Shown here: positions 1-8,569 of the stretch, piece by piece | Layout of the letters: each line of letters opens with the position of its first letter | How positions within the stretch are numbered: the stretch's first letter is position 1 | IMG/VR virus record: IMGVR_UViG_3300022178_000578 | Span: 1-41,381 of that record | Direction: 5' to 3' (one strand) | From: a virus | Lineage: Duplodnaviria > Caudoviricetes | DNA length: 41,381 bases | The notes under the pieces: model-generated | The model's database searches: none | Told to the model about the DNA's origin: nothing | Seen by the model: the letters and a program-made list of their open reading frames with translations, nothing else | Program-made: the position numbers and the translations under genes

Positions 1-26
1 CGCCCTGTTTATTCTGATGACCGAAA

Positions 27-127
27 TGTAGGTAGTGATAGGCGTATGGGCTAGGTATTCGTTACCCTTTCGTTGTACCTAGATTGTAATAATCACCTAC
101 TAAACTGTACGCCTTTCACTACTTATA
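27..127 (+). promoter_or_regulatory. Long stem-loop leader upstream of the first early gene
   Basis: 27-49 pairs with 105-127 (23 positions, one mismatch, several G-U). Inner helix CTAGGTA 51-57 / TACCTAG 76-82. It ends just before the SD GGGAG at 131-135. Confidence 0.65.
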
Positions 128-141
128 CAAGGGAGAAAAAT

Positions 142-291
142 ATGATATGCGATAACTGTGGCTTAGATGAGATGATTGTGATTGGTCAACTCGCTAATGT
201 CAAATCATCTGTACTCAATATGGTCAAATGCATGACCTGTGGGTATGGAAGTGTAAGAAAGCAAGGCACTAAGAGGAGAGTGAACGATTGA
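142..291 (+). CDS. Small Zn-ribbon protein (49 aa)
   Basis: ATG 142 follows SD GGGAG, preferred over the ORF-track start at 73. CDNC...CMTC motif. Confidence 0.75.
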   Translation: MICDNCGLDEMIVIGQLANVKSSVLNMVKCMTCGYGSVRKQGTKRRVND

Positions 292-557
292 CTATGAGTA
301 CAAAAAATAAACCTAAAGCCAATAAAAAGGTTTTAGATAAAGCAATACGAAACCCTAACAAAAAGTTTGTTATGGGTGTATATCCTGACGACTACTTTGT
401 GAGTGGTGAACTCACAGCTAGGGTAGACAAACTAAACGAAGTGTTCGAATCAACAAGTTACGAATTTACAAAAGCCCGTAAGCATGGCGTGGAAGGTTAC
501 GCTTATTTGCTAGTGGAGTACGTTGATGTTGGTAATCCACACGAGGAAGAACAATAA
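288..557 (+). CDS. Hypothetical protein
   Basis: Overlaps the upstream stop; AGGAG upstream; start is TTG 288 or ATG 294. Confidence 0.75.
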   Translation: MTMSTKNKPKANKKVLDKAIRNPNKKFVMGVYPDDYFVSGELTARVDKLNEVFESTSYEFTKARKHGVEGYAYLLVEYVDVGNPHEEEQ

Positions 558-570
558 AAGAAAGGATAAT

Positions 571-1197
571 ATGAGTAAAAATAGCGAGGAACAGGAGTTT
601 GATGACTTCAAATCCGAGTTTGATGAGATGATAGAGAGAGCTACGGCACTAGGATTCAAACCCTTACACCATAAGCAAGACTTCCCACCAAGATTGTTTG
701 GTTTAAGAAGTCTTTACATAGGTGAGGAAACAGAGGGTGGAGATGATGGGTTAATTAAAAGCGAAATGTATTTCGCACCTAAAAATAATCCTATTGAGAT
801 GATGACTGACTATATGATGCACTTAACAGATGAGAATGTTAAGAAACAAATACACGCATTCGCAGGTTTCTTATCATCTGTTTTTAAGGATGGTGTTATT
901 GATGACATGATACCTTTGTTTGAGGCGAAAAGCAAAAGAGAAATGGCAGATATGATAGAGGATATCATTATGCAGACTACACATATGCTACTCAAAAGTC
1001 GTTCATGGCAGAAATTTACTGCTAATTACGACATTGATATGCCCCAAGCAGTCATCATAGGCAACCCAGAAGCCCTATCTAGTATGATAGCCACTACAAA
1101 TGGCGACTTACTAGCAGGTGCTAACCCTGAATCTATGGATAAGTTCCTTAAAGAAGTACTTAGAGATAGTGAAGGTAAGAATAATGAGGAGGAATAG
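571..1197 (+). CDS. Hypothetical acidic, Met-rich protein
   Basis: AAAGGA SD then ATG 571, in frame with ORF 523..1197. Confidence 0.8.
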   Translation: MSKNSEEQEFDDFKSEFDEMIERATALGFKPLHHKQDFPPRLFGLRSLYIGEETEGGDDGLIKSEMYFAPKNNPIEMMTDYMMHLTDENVKKQIHAFAGFLSSVFKDGVIDDMIPLFEAKSKREMADMIEDIIMQTTHMLLKSRSWQKFTANYDIDMPQAVIIGNPEALSSMIATTNGDLLAGANPESMDKFLKEVLRDSEGKNNEEE

Positions 1198-1394
1198 TGG
1201 CGTTACCTACACTAGATGGCTATGTACATTGTGCTAGTTGTATTAAAGAGAGTGGAAATGGTGGTTACAGACAGAAATTAGAAGTGGGAGTAAGACATGC
1301 CACCGAGTTGTTTGTTAACTGCTTAGTACATGACCTTGTAATTAAGGTCTTTAATATTGAGCCAATAGAAACGGAGTGTGATTGTTGTGGCTGA
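1197..1394 (+). CDS. Small Cys/His-rich putative Zn-binding protein
   Basis: GAGGAGG SD; GTG overlaps the upstream TAG; HCASC...CLVH...CDCC. Confidence 0.75.
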   Translation: MALPTLDGYVHCASCIKESGNGGYRQKLEVGVRHATELFVNCLVHDLVIKVFNIEPIETECDCCG

Positions 1395-1614
1395 TAACGA
1401 ACAAGTATACGAGTACATAGACCAAAACATGAAACGAGATGAGAATATATTGACTGTTGATTTCTACTTTGATAGTGATGTATCAAAAGAGAATGCAATA
1501 GATGAGGTAGATAAGATTGTATCTTTAGCTGATAACAAGCATGAGTACAAACTTACTTCCCATGCACCACGAATATATACTAAATCTCCACATAATGAGG
1601 AGGATAATGGCTGA
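1387..1614 (+). CDS. Hypothetical protein
   Basis: GGAG at 1373-1376; GTG 1387 gives better SD spacing than 1378; overlaps both neighbours. Confidence 0.7.
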   Translation: MADNEQVYEYIDQNMKRDENILTVDFYFDSDVSKENAIDEVDKIVSLADNKHEYKLTSHAPRIYTKSPHNEEDNG

Positions 1615-1948
1615 GAATACTATCATATCAAATCCTATTTTGCATAGGAGAAAGGACAGAGCAAAAAGAACTGCATACTTTGACAAGTATGGTCGAGATG
1701 ACTTTGTGTTTGACACATTAATAGACACAAATATTCCAGACAACTTGTGGGTATGTGACTTCTGTAACTTATCAATAGAAGTGGTTGACTTAGCAAACCA
1801 ACCTAAAAGTATCTGGGTACATCTGGGCTATGCCTTGTGTGGTAACTGCGTAGATGAACAGATAGCAAAAGAGGATAATACAACGGACACAATTAATTCT
1901 AGTGACGTAGAGTTTTGTAACTGTTGTGTAGGAGAGGATAATGACTAA
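1607..1948 (+). CDS. Zn-finger protein
   Basis: GAGGAGG SD, ATG 1607; CDFC...CGNC...CNCC. Confidence 0.8.
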   Translation: MAENTIISNPILHRRKDRAKRTAYFDKYGRDDFVFDTLIDTNIPDNLWVCDFCNLSIEVVDLANQPKSIWVHLGYALCGNCVDEQIAKEDNTTDTINSSDVEFCNCCVGEDND

Positions 1949-2075
1949 CGAGGAAATATTAAAAGCAATCGAAATGCTAACTGAAACTTGCGAACTGTTA
2001 CAGAAACAAATTTCTGGACATACAAAAGTTTTAGAACAGTTAGTAGGACTATTAGACAAGGAGAATGATGAGTAA
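1941..2075 (+). CDS. 44-aa coiled-coil microprotein (not in ORF track)
   Basis: GGAGAGG SD; MTNEEILKAIEMLTETCELLQKQISGHTKVLEQLVGLLDKENDE; fills the gap and overlaps both neighbours. Confidence 0.75.
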   Translation: MTNEEILKAIEMLTETCELLQKQISGHTKVLEQLVGLLDKENDE

Positions 2076-2577
2076 AGATAAAGATTCTGGTATTAATCCA
2101 GAGGATTTCTTACTACATAGTAAGGAAATTAGTGATGCAACGATACCTAAAAAGCATTGTGCAGTTACTAGAGATATATTGTTATACCTCAATGAGCTAT
2201 CGGTAGACATTGGTTACAACCAAAACCTAGCCGATTGGTTATTTGATGATAACAATGATATACAGATTGATAGGAAATTCCCTGTCTTTCTTAGGTTAGT
2301 AGTGCCTCATCACTACATAGCAGGAGAGCCAACTGATACACATTACCGAACTGTATGGGAATTTGTATTTACTGATGACTTCGAGAACAGTCATACAGGA
2401 ATGATTGACATACCTGCTGAGGCATACCACTTACTACCTGAAGTACCAGAAGTAGTACAAGTAGATAACGACACATACGAATTGTGGTCTAAGTTAGATA
2501 CTGAAACAATTACTTCTGACTTCATTAATGAAGTAGAGAGTTTACTTCGTGAGGAAACTGAAAAGGAGGAGGAATAA
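2065..2577 (+). CDS. Hypothetical acidic protein
   Basis: AAGGAG SD; 170-aa ORF directly before the ATPase gene. Confidence 0.8.
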   Translation: MMSKDKDSGINPEDFLLHSKEISDATIPKKHCAVTRDILLYLNELSVDIGYNQNLADWLFDDNNDIQIDRKFPVFLRLVVPHHYIAGEPTDTHYRTVWEFVFTDDFENSHTGMIDIPAEAYHLLPEVPEVVQVDNDTYELWSKLDTETITSDFINEVESLLREETEKEEE

Positions 2578-2579
2578 CA

Positions 2580-3302
2580 ATGATGAAAAACGAATGGTTG
2601 TTACTTGAAAAGGTAATTAAAGCCCCTCGTATATTACTGTATGGAAAACCTGGTACAGGTAAGACATACTCAGCTATGACAATGGGGACAAACAAAAACC
2701 AAATGAAAAAGTCAATTACATTGACACCAGAAACTTCGGCAACCGATTTGCTAGGACATTACATTCTAGTAGGAGATGATGGTATGGAATGGAATGATGG
2801 TATTGCTATTGAATCGTGGAAAAATGGTGGTAGATTAGTGATTAACGAGATTGACCATGCTGGTCAAGATGTCACTTCTATACTCCATGCTTTGCTAGAT
2901 GATGTAGACTTTGCAGAGTTGACACTACCCAACAAAGAGAAAGAAGTAGTAAGACCTGCAAATGGATTCCAATGCATAGCTACCATGAATGGCGAGCCAG
3001 ATGACTTGTCGGAGGCGTTGCGAGATAGATTCCCTATCAAGATAAACATTAGTGAGATACACCCTAATGCGATACATAGTCTGGATAGCACCATTATGAG
3101 TGTGATGAATGATGTTAGTGGTACTGACACTTCTATTCGTGCTTTTATGGAACTTAGCAGGTTGATTAACAAAGACAAAGTTAAACCAAATGATGCTATA
3201 TACGCTGTATTCGGTAGTATTGATGAGGACTTTGCTGATACTATTGTAGAAGCATACGAAGTAATTAACTCAGGGACTTCTCATATAGAAGATTCTGATT
3301 AA
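2580..3302 (+). CDS. MoxR/CbbQ/CobS-like AAA+ ATPase (AAA_5 type)
   Basis: Walker A GKPGTGKT, helix-2 insert DLLGHY, Walker B LVINEID, sensor-1 ATMN, Arg finger ALRDRF. Confidence 0.92.
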   Translation: MMKNEWLLLEKVIKAPRILLYGKPGTGKTYSAMTMGTNKNQMKKSITLTPETSATDLLGHYILVGDDGMEWNDGIAIESWKNGGRLVINEIDHAGQDVTSILHALLDDVDFAELTLPNKEKEVVRPANGFQCIATMNGEPDDLSEALRDRFPIKINISEIHPNAIHSLDSTIMSVMNDVSGTDTSIRAFMELSRLINKDKVKPNDAIYAVFGSIDEDFADTIVEAYEVINSGTSHIEDSD

Positions 3303-5002
3303 TGTCTTTGTTCAAGCAGAGAGCTAGACAAAAACCATTACCAAAAACATTACCTAACTTAGCGTTGCAAGGTAATCGTATACAGAGATATGAATACGAG
3401 GAAGGTGTAACAAATGGTACTAACAAATTTGCTATACCAATACCCCAACACGCTTACAATACCCAATTTGATGTAAATAGGGCAATACTATTGCAAACCC
3501 TACGGAAAAAATATTTCATCAAAGCAAGGTACATAGGTAATATAGACCAAGAGATAATGTCGATTGCCGAAACTCTTTGCATACTACCAAAAGCTAGTCA
3601 AGTAATTAAGAAAATACAAAAAGCACACGCTAAGTATTCGGATAAGCTAGTGGACAAAGGAGATAGTTATTATCTGACTACAAACCTACCACGCATTAAC
3701 GAGAATACTGCTAAGTATCATGTAGATAAGTTGATAGATTTATTCTACAAATTACTTAAAGAAGGCAACAATAGAGAGGAGATAGCATCTCAGCTAACTA
3801 GAGCTTGTGTTGTTGTGTTCGGTGCAGTTCGTAATACTAAAGGTACTGCCTTTGGTATAGACAGTAGTGAGTTATTCGATACTATTACTTCAGCAGTACG
3901 TAGGAATGTACCATTGGAGTTAGCACTAGATGATAGTAAGTTGAAATCTGAAGTTAATGCTATTGATATGATTCTTAATCTTACTCATAAAGCCAAGCAA
4001 AGTGCTATTGACGTGATACAGTCTGGAAACAGGAATCTTAATAAGTATCGTTGGGAACAACAACTTGATGGTAGTCATAAGTATGTAAGGTACAACGTAC
4101 CATTCAACCCTAAGAAGCATGCTAGGAGAGTATACAACGAGCTAATGAATCCACATTACATGAGTTACTATATGCAATATCGTCTTAGTGATTTGCCTTC
4201 TATTGTAGACGGCGTATTTGAAAACGAGAATGTAAATATTACAAAGGTAAAACAAGACGATACAAAGCGAGTAGAGGATATGCCTACTATGACTATGCCT
4301 AAGTTTCTTACAAAAGACTTAGCTAGAGATATAGAGCAAAAGGCAAATTCAAACTACCAACACGCAATAAATTACCTTAGTAATAGGGGTGGTGTACATG
4401 GTATAGCAAAGTTGCACAGATTTAAAGGCAACAAACCTATTCGTATTGCAGTACAGAAACTAATAATATCGCAAGGCGAGTATGGTGTTAAACCTAGACA
4501 AGTACACAGAATAATTACAGACAGAAAAGTCTTTAAACGTAAGCGACACATAGCAGGTGGTAGCTTAATGATTGACTGTTCTGGAAGTATGGGCTTCAAT
4601 AGTTATGATGTAAAAGAAATTGTCGAAACTTTACCAGCTAGTACAATAGCTGGTTATGTAGGGTATGGAAATAGTATAGGTGACTATGATGGTGACATAA
4701 GAATTATTGCACAGAATGGTCATATGGATACTAAATCTATCCACGACTTACAAGAACACGGAATGAACTCTGTGGATATGGACGCACTAAGATACTTAGC
4801 TAAACAACCTGAGCCAAGAGTTTGGGTTTCGGATATGCAAGTAGTAGGTGTTGCCGATACAGATAAGAGGTCAGGTACAACACTAAGTACTGACAAAGTA
4901 CATGAGATTATGAGATTCATGGCTAAGAATAATATCATACCGATACAGGATATTGAACATGTAAAGCAATTTGCTAAACAATATGCTAAGTTTGTAGGTT
5001 AA
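3302..5002 (+). CDS. vWA (MIDAS) domain protein, CobT-like partner of the AAA+ ATPase
   Basis: LMIDCSGSMG (DxSxS) and later WVSD; coupled to the ATPase by TAATG overlap. Confidence 0.85.
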   Translation: MSLFKQRARQKPLPKTLPNLALQGNRIQRYEYEEGVTNGTNKFAIPIPQHAYNTQFDVNRAILLQTLRKKYFIKARYIGNIDQEIMSIAETLCILPKASQVIKKIQKAHAKYSDKLVDKGDSYYLTTNLPRINENTAKYHVDKLIDLFYKLLKEGNNREEIASQLTRACVVVFGAVRNTKGTAFGIDSSELFDTITSAVRRNVPLELALDDSKLKSEVNAIDMILNLTHKAKQSAIDVIQSGNRNLNKYRWEQQLDGSHKYVRYNVPFNPKKHARRVYNELMNPHYMSYYMQYRLSDLPSIVDGVFENENVNITKVKQDDTKRVEDMPTMTMPKFLTKDLARDIEQKANSNYQHAINYLSNRGGVHGIAKLHRFKGNKPIRIAVQKLIISQGEYGVKPRQVHRIITDRKVFKRKRHIAGGSLMIDCSGSMGFNSYDVKEIVETLPASTIAGYVGYGNSIGDYDGDIRIIAQNGHMDTKSIHDLQEHGMNSVDMDALRYLAKQPEPRVWVSDMQVVGVADTDKRSGTTLSTDKVHEIMRFMAKNNIIPIQDIEHVKQFAKQYAKFVG

Positions 5003-5063
5003 GTTACAAGAAACTAGCAATAGTACTGCATCTATCAATAGATGTTATATGTAACTAATTAAT

Positions 5064-5117
5064 CCCCCTCTTGTGCGTACTCGTACGCATGAGAGGGGGG
5101 TTTTTTTTTGTTTTTTT
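5064..5117 (+). terminator. Intrinsic terminator of the early operon
   Basis: About 16-bp stem CCCCCTCTTGTGCGTA / TACGCATGAGAGGGGG followed by T9-G-T7. Confidence 0.9.
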
Positions 5118-5172
5118 ATATATGCATATGCATATGCATACACATAGAAAAATAAATAAATCGATTCAATGC

Positions 5173-5200
5173 TTGTATATAGAGTGTTCGGTGTTATGAT
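5173..5200 (+). promoter_or_regulatory. Sigma70/SigA-type promoter, probably leaderless
   Basis: TTGTAT, 16 nt, then TATGAT with extended TG; 6 nt to ATG 5207; no SD. Confidence 0.7.
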
Positions 5201-5206
5201 TACCAC

Positions 5207-5497
5207 ATGAGCAAAGATAAGAACATAAACATACCAGAGCTTATAACAAAAGCGTATGGTAAAAAACAGGGAGGGGTTACTGCTTGGTATAAGGCAGTAC
5301 CTAACGAAGTCAAACCATTCATTGAGGGTATAGAGCTACTTGTTAAAGAGGGTAAGAAACCTAATTCAAGTGCAGTCAGCAGAATACTACAAGAGGAATT
5401 TGACTTTACAATATCTAGGGCAGGTATCAACAGGTGGCTAACATACTTAAAAGATAAGGAAACTAATGAGAAAAAGAGAGCAGGAGAAACTAGCTGA
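5207..5497 (+). CDS. Putative HTH DNA-binding protein
   Basis: SSAVSRILQEEFDFTISRAGINRWL resembles a winged HTH. Confidence 0.65.
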   Translation: MSKDKNINIPELITKAYGKKQGGVTAWYKAVPNEVKPFIEGIELLVKEGKKPNSSAVSRILQEEFDFTISRAGINRWLTYLKDKETNEKKRAGETS

Positions 5498-6518
5498 ACT
5501 CTTAGTACAAGCTGAGAGTGACAAAGTTAGTGAACTTAAAGACACTAATAAGAGATTGTTAAAACAATTAGACAAACTCAAAGATAAAAAAGCAGATTTA
5601 GTTGAGGCAGTATACAAAGGAGCTAAAGATGGTATGTCAACAGTAACATTACCAAAAGTTAAAGCACCAAAAAAATCTTCTACACATGGACAAGAAATCT
5701 GTGTGCCTTTATTAAGTGACATTCAACTAGCAAAAAACACAGACACATACAACTCTAAGGTTGCGTACAAACGTGTCATTAAATATGCAGAGAAAATCGT
5801 GAATCTCTCTCAGTTGCAGGGTGCAAACCACACTATTAAGAAGTGTCATGTACTAGCACTAGGGGATATAGTTGAGGGAGAATTAATATTTCCTGGACAA
5901 GCACACGAAATTGACAGTTCACTTTACAAACAAGTAACAGTTGATGGACCTGCTATGTTGTTTGAGTTCTTTAGTATATTACTCACACACTTTGAGGAAG
6001 TTGAATGTACTTGGGTTATAGGTAATCATGGTGCATTAGGTGGCAGGGCTAGAAAAGATTACAACCCTGAAACTAATGCAGATAGAATGCTAGGCAAGAT
6101 TCTAGAAACTATGTTTAGGAACGAGCCAAGAATGAAATTTCATATACCTGATAGAAGTTGGTATACGATAGCAGACTTAGGTGTCAAAGCTAAGTTCCTA
6201 TGCTTTCATGGTGACAACATTCGTGGCAGTATGGGATTACCTTTCTATGGATACAATAAAAAAATACTAGGTTGGAAAGCACTAGCAAGTGCAGACTTGA
6301 TGGAAAACTTTACACACGCAGTGTGTGGTCACTATCATACACCGACTTCTTTGTATCTTAATGATGTAAGACTATGGGTTAATGGCTCTACTGAAAGCCA
6401 CAATGGTTATGCATTAGAACAATTAGCAGCTATGGGTAGACCATCACAATTCTGTTTGTTTGTTAAACCCTCTAAAGGTGTGACTGCTGAATACTTAGTT
6501 AGTTTAGAGGAGGGATAA
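5466..6518 (+). CDS. Calcineurin-like metallophosphoesterase with N-terminal coiled coil
   Basis: Motifs SDIQ, GDIVEG, GNH, FHGD, GHYH. Confidence 0.9.
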   Translation: MRKREQEKLAELLVQAESDKVSELKDTNKRLLKQLDKLKDKKADLVEAVYKGAKDGMSTVTLPKVKAPKKSSTHGQEICVPLLSDIQLAKNTDTYNSKVAYKRVIKYAEKIVNLSQLQGANHTIKKCHVLALGDIVEGELIFPGQAHEIDSSLYKQVTVDGPAMLFEFFSILLTHFEEVECTWVIGNHGALGGRARKDYNPETNADRMLGKILETMFRNEPRMKFHIPDRSWYTIADLGVKAKFLCFHGDNIRGSMGLPFYGYNKKILGWKALASADLMENFTHAVCGHYHTPTSLYLNDVRLWVNGSTESHNGYALEQLAAMGRPSQFCLFVKPSKGVTAEYLVSLEEG

Positions 6519-6520
6519 AT

Positions 6521-7405
6521 ATGGACAAGGAAAAACACAAGAAATTAATTAAAGACTTCCCTAAGAGTGTTGTAAAGAAAGCTCCACAGGGAAAATTTGG
6601 GGACTATGTTCCTCACCACATATACACACAACGATTAGTAGATGTAGTACCAGGCGAATACAACTTTATGTTTACTGAGATTAGAGATAAAGACAATTCA
6701 ATAGTAGGTGCTAAATGCACACTACAAATAGATGGCTTAGGTATGGTCGAGGAAGTTGGAGATGTAGATACTAACGCATTAAAAAGAAATATTACTGAAA
6801 GCGAAGTGCTAAAACTAGCAGTATCAGATGGTATAAAGAGATGTTGCATGAGATTCGGAATCGGATTAGAACTATGGACAGGTGGTACTACTGAAGAAGA
6901 ACACTATGCAAACGATACTACTGAAAAAAAACAGGCACCTAGCGTGGTGAAACCAGTTTCAGCTCCAGTTAGAACAGATGCAGACAAGTCGCAGGACAGC
7001 CTTTCTCCTGCCGTTGAGACCAAGACTTCCTCTGCATCGCCTAGTAATCCAGTAGAAATTCTAAAGGCAGCCAACTTCTCAACAGTAGGTAACACTCATC
7101 CTAAGGGTGGGTCTAAGGCTCTTGATGAATTAGGTTTATGGTGTATGTGTGGAGGAGATGTCGAATACATACCAGAGGGCAAGAAAACAAATAGCAAAGG
7201 TCCTGACTTTAGATGTCAATTGATGGGTAACTGTACTGCAGGAGATACAGTAGATGGCAGAGTATTTGCTAAGTCCTGGTGGTTAGCAGACTTTAAGAAA
7301 GAAACACCTGCTGCTTGGATTAATTATGTACAGGCACTTAATGGTGTAGTAATGCCAAAGGCTAAGAGTTTAGATGAAGTAGAAGATTGGGAAGCACCAT
7401 TCTAG
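6521..7405 (+). CDS. Rad52/Sak-like single-strand annealing protein
   Basis: AVSDGIKRCCMRFGIGLELW signature; C-terminal Cys domain (CMC...PDFRC...C...SWW); SSB-like acidic tail DEVEDWEAPF. Confidence 0.85.
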   Translation: MDKEKHKKLIKDFPKSVVKKAPQGKFGDYVPHHIYTQRLVDVVPGEYNFMFTEIRDKDNSIVGAKCTLQIDGLGMVEEVGDVDTNALKRNITESEVLKLAVSDGIKRCCMRFGIGLELWTGGTTEEEHYANDTTEKKQAPSVVKPVSAPVRTDADKSQDSLSPAVETKTSSASPSNPVEILKAANFSTVGNTHPKGGSKALDELGLWCMCGGDVEYIPEGKKTNSKGPDFRCQLMGNCTAGDTVDGRVFAKSWWLADFKKETPAAWINYVQALNGVVMPKAKSLDEVEDWEAPF

Positions 7406-7542
7406 GATACTATTTAAACACATGCATTGATTGCTTTAGAACATATTGGCATGAGGTACAGGCTTATCAGGGTTTATGTAAACAATGTGAAACAGCATTT
7501 GGAGAAAGGATGAATGATGTCGCAAAAAGAAATAGTAGCTGA
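7387..7542 (+). CDS. 51-aa Zn-ribbon microprotein (not in ORF track)
   Basis: TTG start overlapping the annealase end; CIDC...CKQC; fills the intergenic gap. The start is uncertain. Confidence 0.65.
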   Translation: MGSTILGYYLNTCIDCFRTYWHEVQAYQGLCKQCETAFGERMNDVAKRNSS

Positions 7543-7777
7543 ATTATTAACTGACAATAGACAAGGTGTGTGTGGTACAACCTTCTTACAAAATTACATA
7601 CCACGATTCGGTAGTCTTATATTTAATCTTAGACACGAAAAGAATTGGGACATAGTTAAAGAACGTTGCGATTTACACGAACATAAAAATACCCAATGGA
7701 AGTATAGGTTATTGCGTAGTGACACTACTAACTACAATGTAGCAACAGGTCATACTTATTCTTTTAATTTAGATTGA
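7514..7777 (+). CDS. Winged HTH protein (HTH_39-like)
   Basis: IPRFGSLIFNLRHEKNWDI resembles the RL.ARI.DLR..G..I phage HTH pattern. Confidence 0.7.
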   Translation: MMSQKEIVAELLTDNRQGVCGTTFLQNYIPRFGSLIFNLRHEKNWDIVKERCDLHEHKNTQWKYRLLRSDTTNYNVATGHTYSFNLD

Positions 7778-7780
7778 TTA

Positions 7781-7966
7781 TTAACTAATTTTTTTCTTAG
7801 CGTATGTCTTAACGACTGCAAGTGCAGCACCACCACCAGCTAATGCAGCTAACTCTAATGTATTTGCATCAACAGATATCAAAGGTGCGACAACTAAAGC
7901 TCCAAGAAATGCTTCAATGAAAGTCCATACGGTTCTTTCAATCATATCTTTAAGTTCTTCACTCAT
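7781..7966 (-). CDS. Holin, r1t-like
   Basis: ERTVWTFIEAF motif, two hydrophobic helices, basic tail, adjacent to the putative lysin. Confidence 0.85.
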   Translation of the reverse strand: MSEELKDMIERTVWTFIEAFLGALVVAPLISVDANTLELAALAGGGAALAVVKTYAKKKIS

Positions 7967-7975
7967 CTATCTCTC

Positions 7976-8569
7976 CTAATTTATTAATCTACCTTTAAGC
8001 ATAGCATTAGTCTTAATAACATTACCGTTTATCTCTTGTAATTTATCATATACAGACTCAGCTAATATCAAATGGTCTTTAGCTTTGTTATCTACTGGTT
8101 TATTCTCTAGTAAATTAGTTATTGTATTGTATTTTATAGTAACTTTCTTACCTTGTAGTAATTGATTTGCAACTTTTGAATACATTTTCTTGTATGCTAC
8201 AGCACTAGAGCCTATGAATCCATCAGCAGATATGTCTAAGTCTTGTTGTGACTCACCCACTATAAGACAACCTGATGTATGTTCATCAGTATTACCAGTA
8301 TGTATAAGTATATAAGTAAAGTTAGGTACATTTTGTACATGAAGCATTCCATAGTGTGCGTTCTTGTATCTCTCTGTGTATTTAGCATGAAATCCGCCAG
8401 TCTTTCTAAACTCTATTGCGTATTCACCTTCAGGTATGCAAGTCTCATGCATAACTTTAACTGCTTGATACTGGTCTTCTAATGTATAACACTCGAACAG
8501 ACCATTAATAAACAACATACCATTGGTAGCATCTTTACCAAACTGAGTTCTAATAACATCTAACTGCAA
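7976..8569 (-). CDS. DUF5675-family protein, putative cell-wall peptidase/endolysin
   Basis: TLED, CIPEGEY, VPNFTYILIHTGNT, GCLIVG (His/Cys pair); next to the holin. Confidence 0.8.
   Translation of the reverse strand: MQLDVIRTQFGKDATNGMLFINGLFECYTLEDQYQAVKVMHETCIPEGEYAIEFRKTGGFHAKYTERYKNAHYGMLHVQNVPNFTYILIHTGNTDEHTSGCLIVGESQQDLDISADGFIGSSAVAYKKMYSKVANQLLQGKKVTIKYNTITNLLENKPVDNKAKDHLILAESVYDKLQEINGNVIKTNAMLKGRLIN

Noticed and set aside
14-26. CTGATGA-CC-GAAA resembles a hammerhead ribozyme core
   Set aside because: Stem II is absent, the base opposite the last A is C or A rather than U, and no convincing stem I forms within the window.
142-1948. WhiB-like regulator among the Cys-rich ORFs
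   Set aside because: None has the WhiB Cys spacing with the G(V/I)WGG turn.
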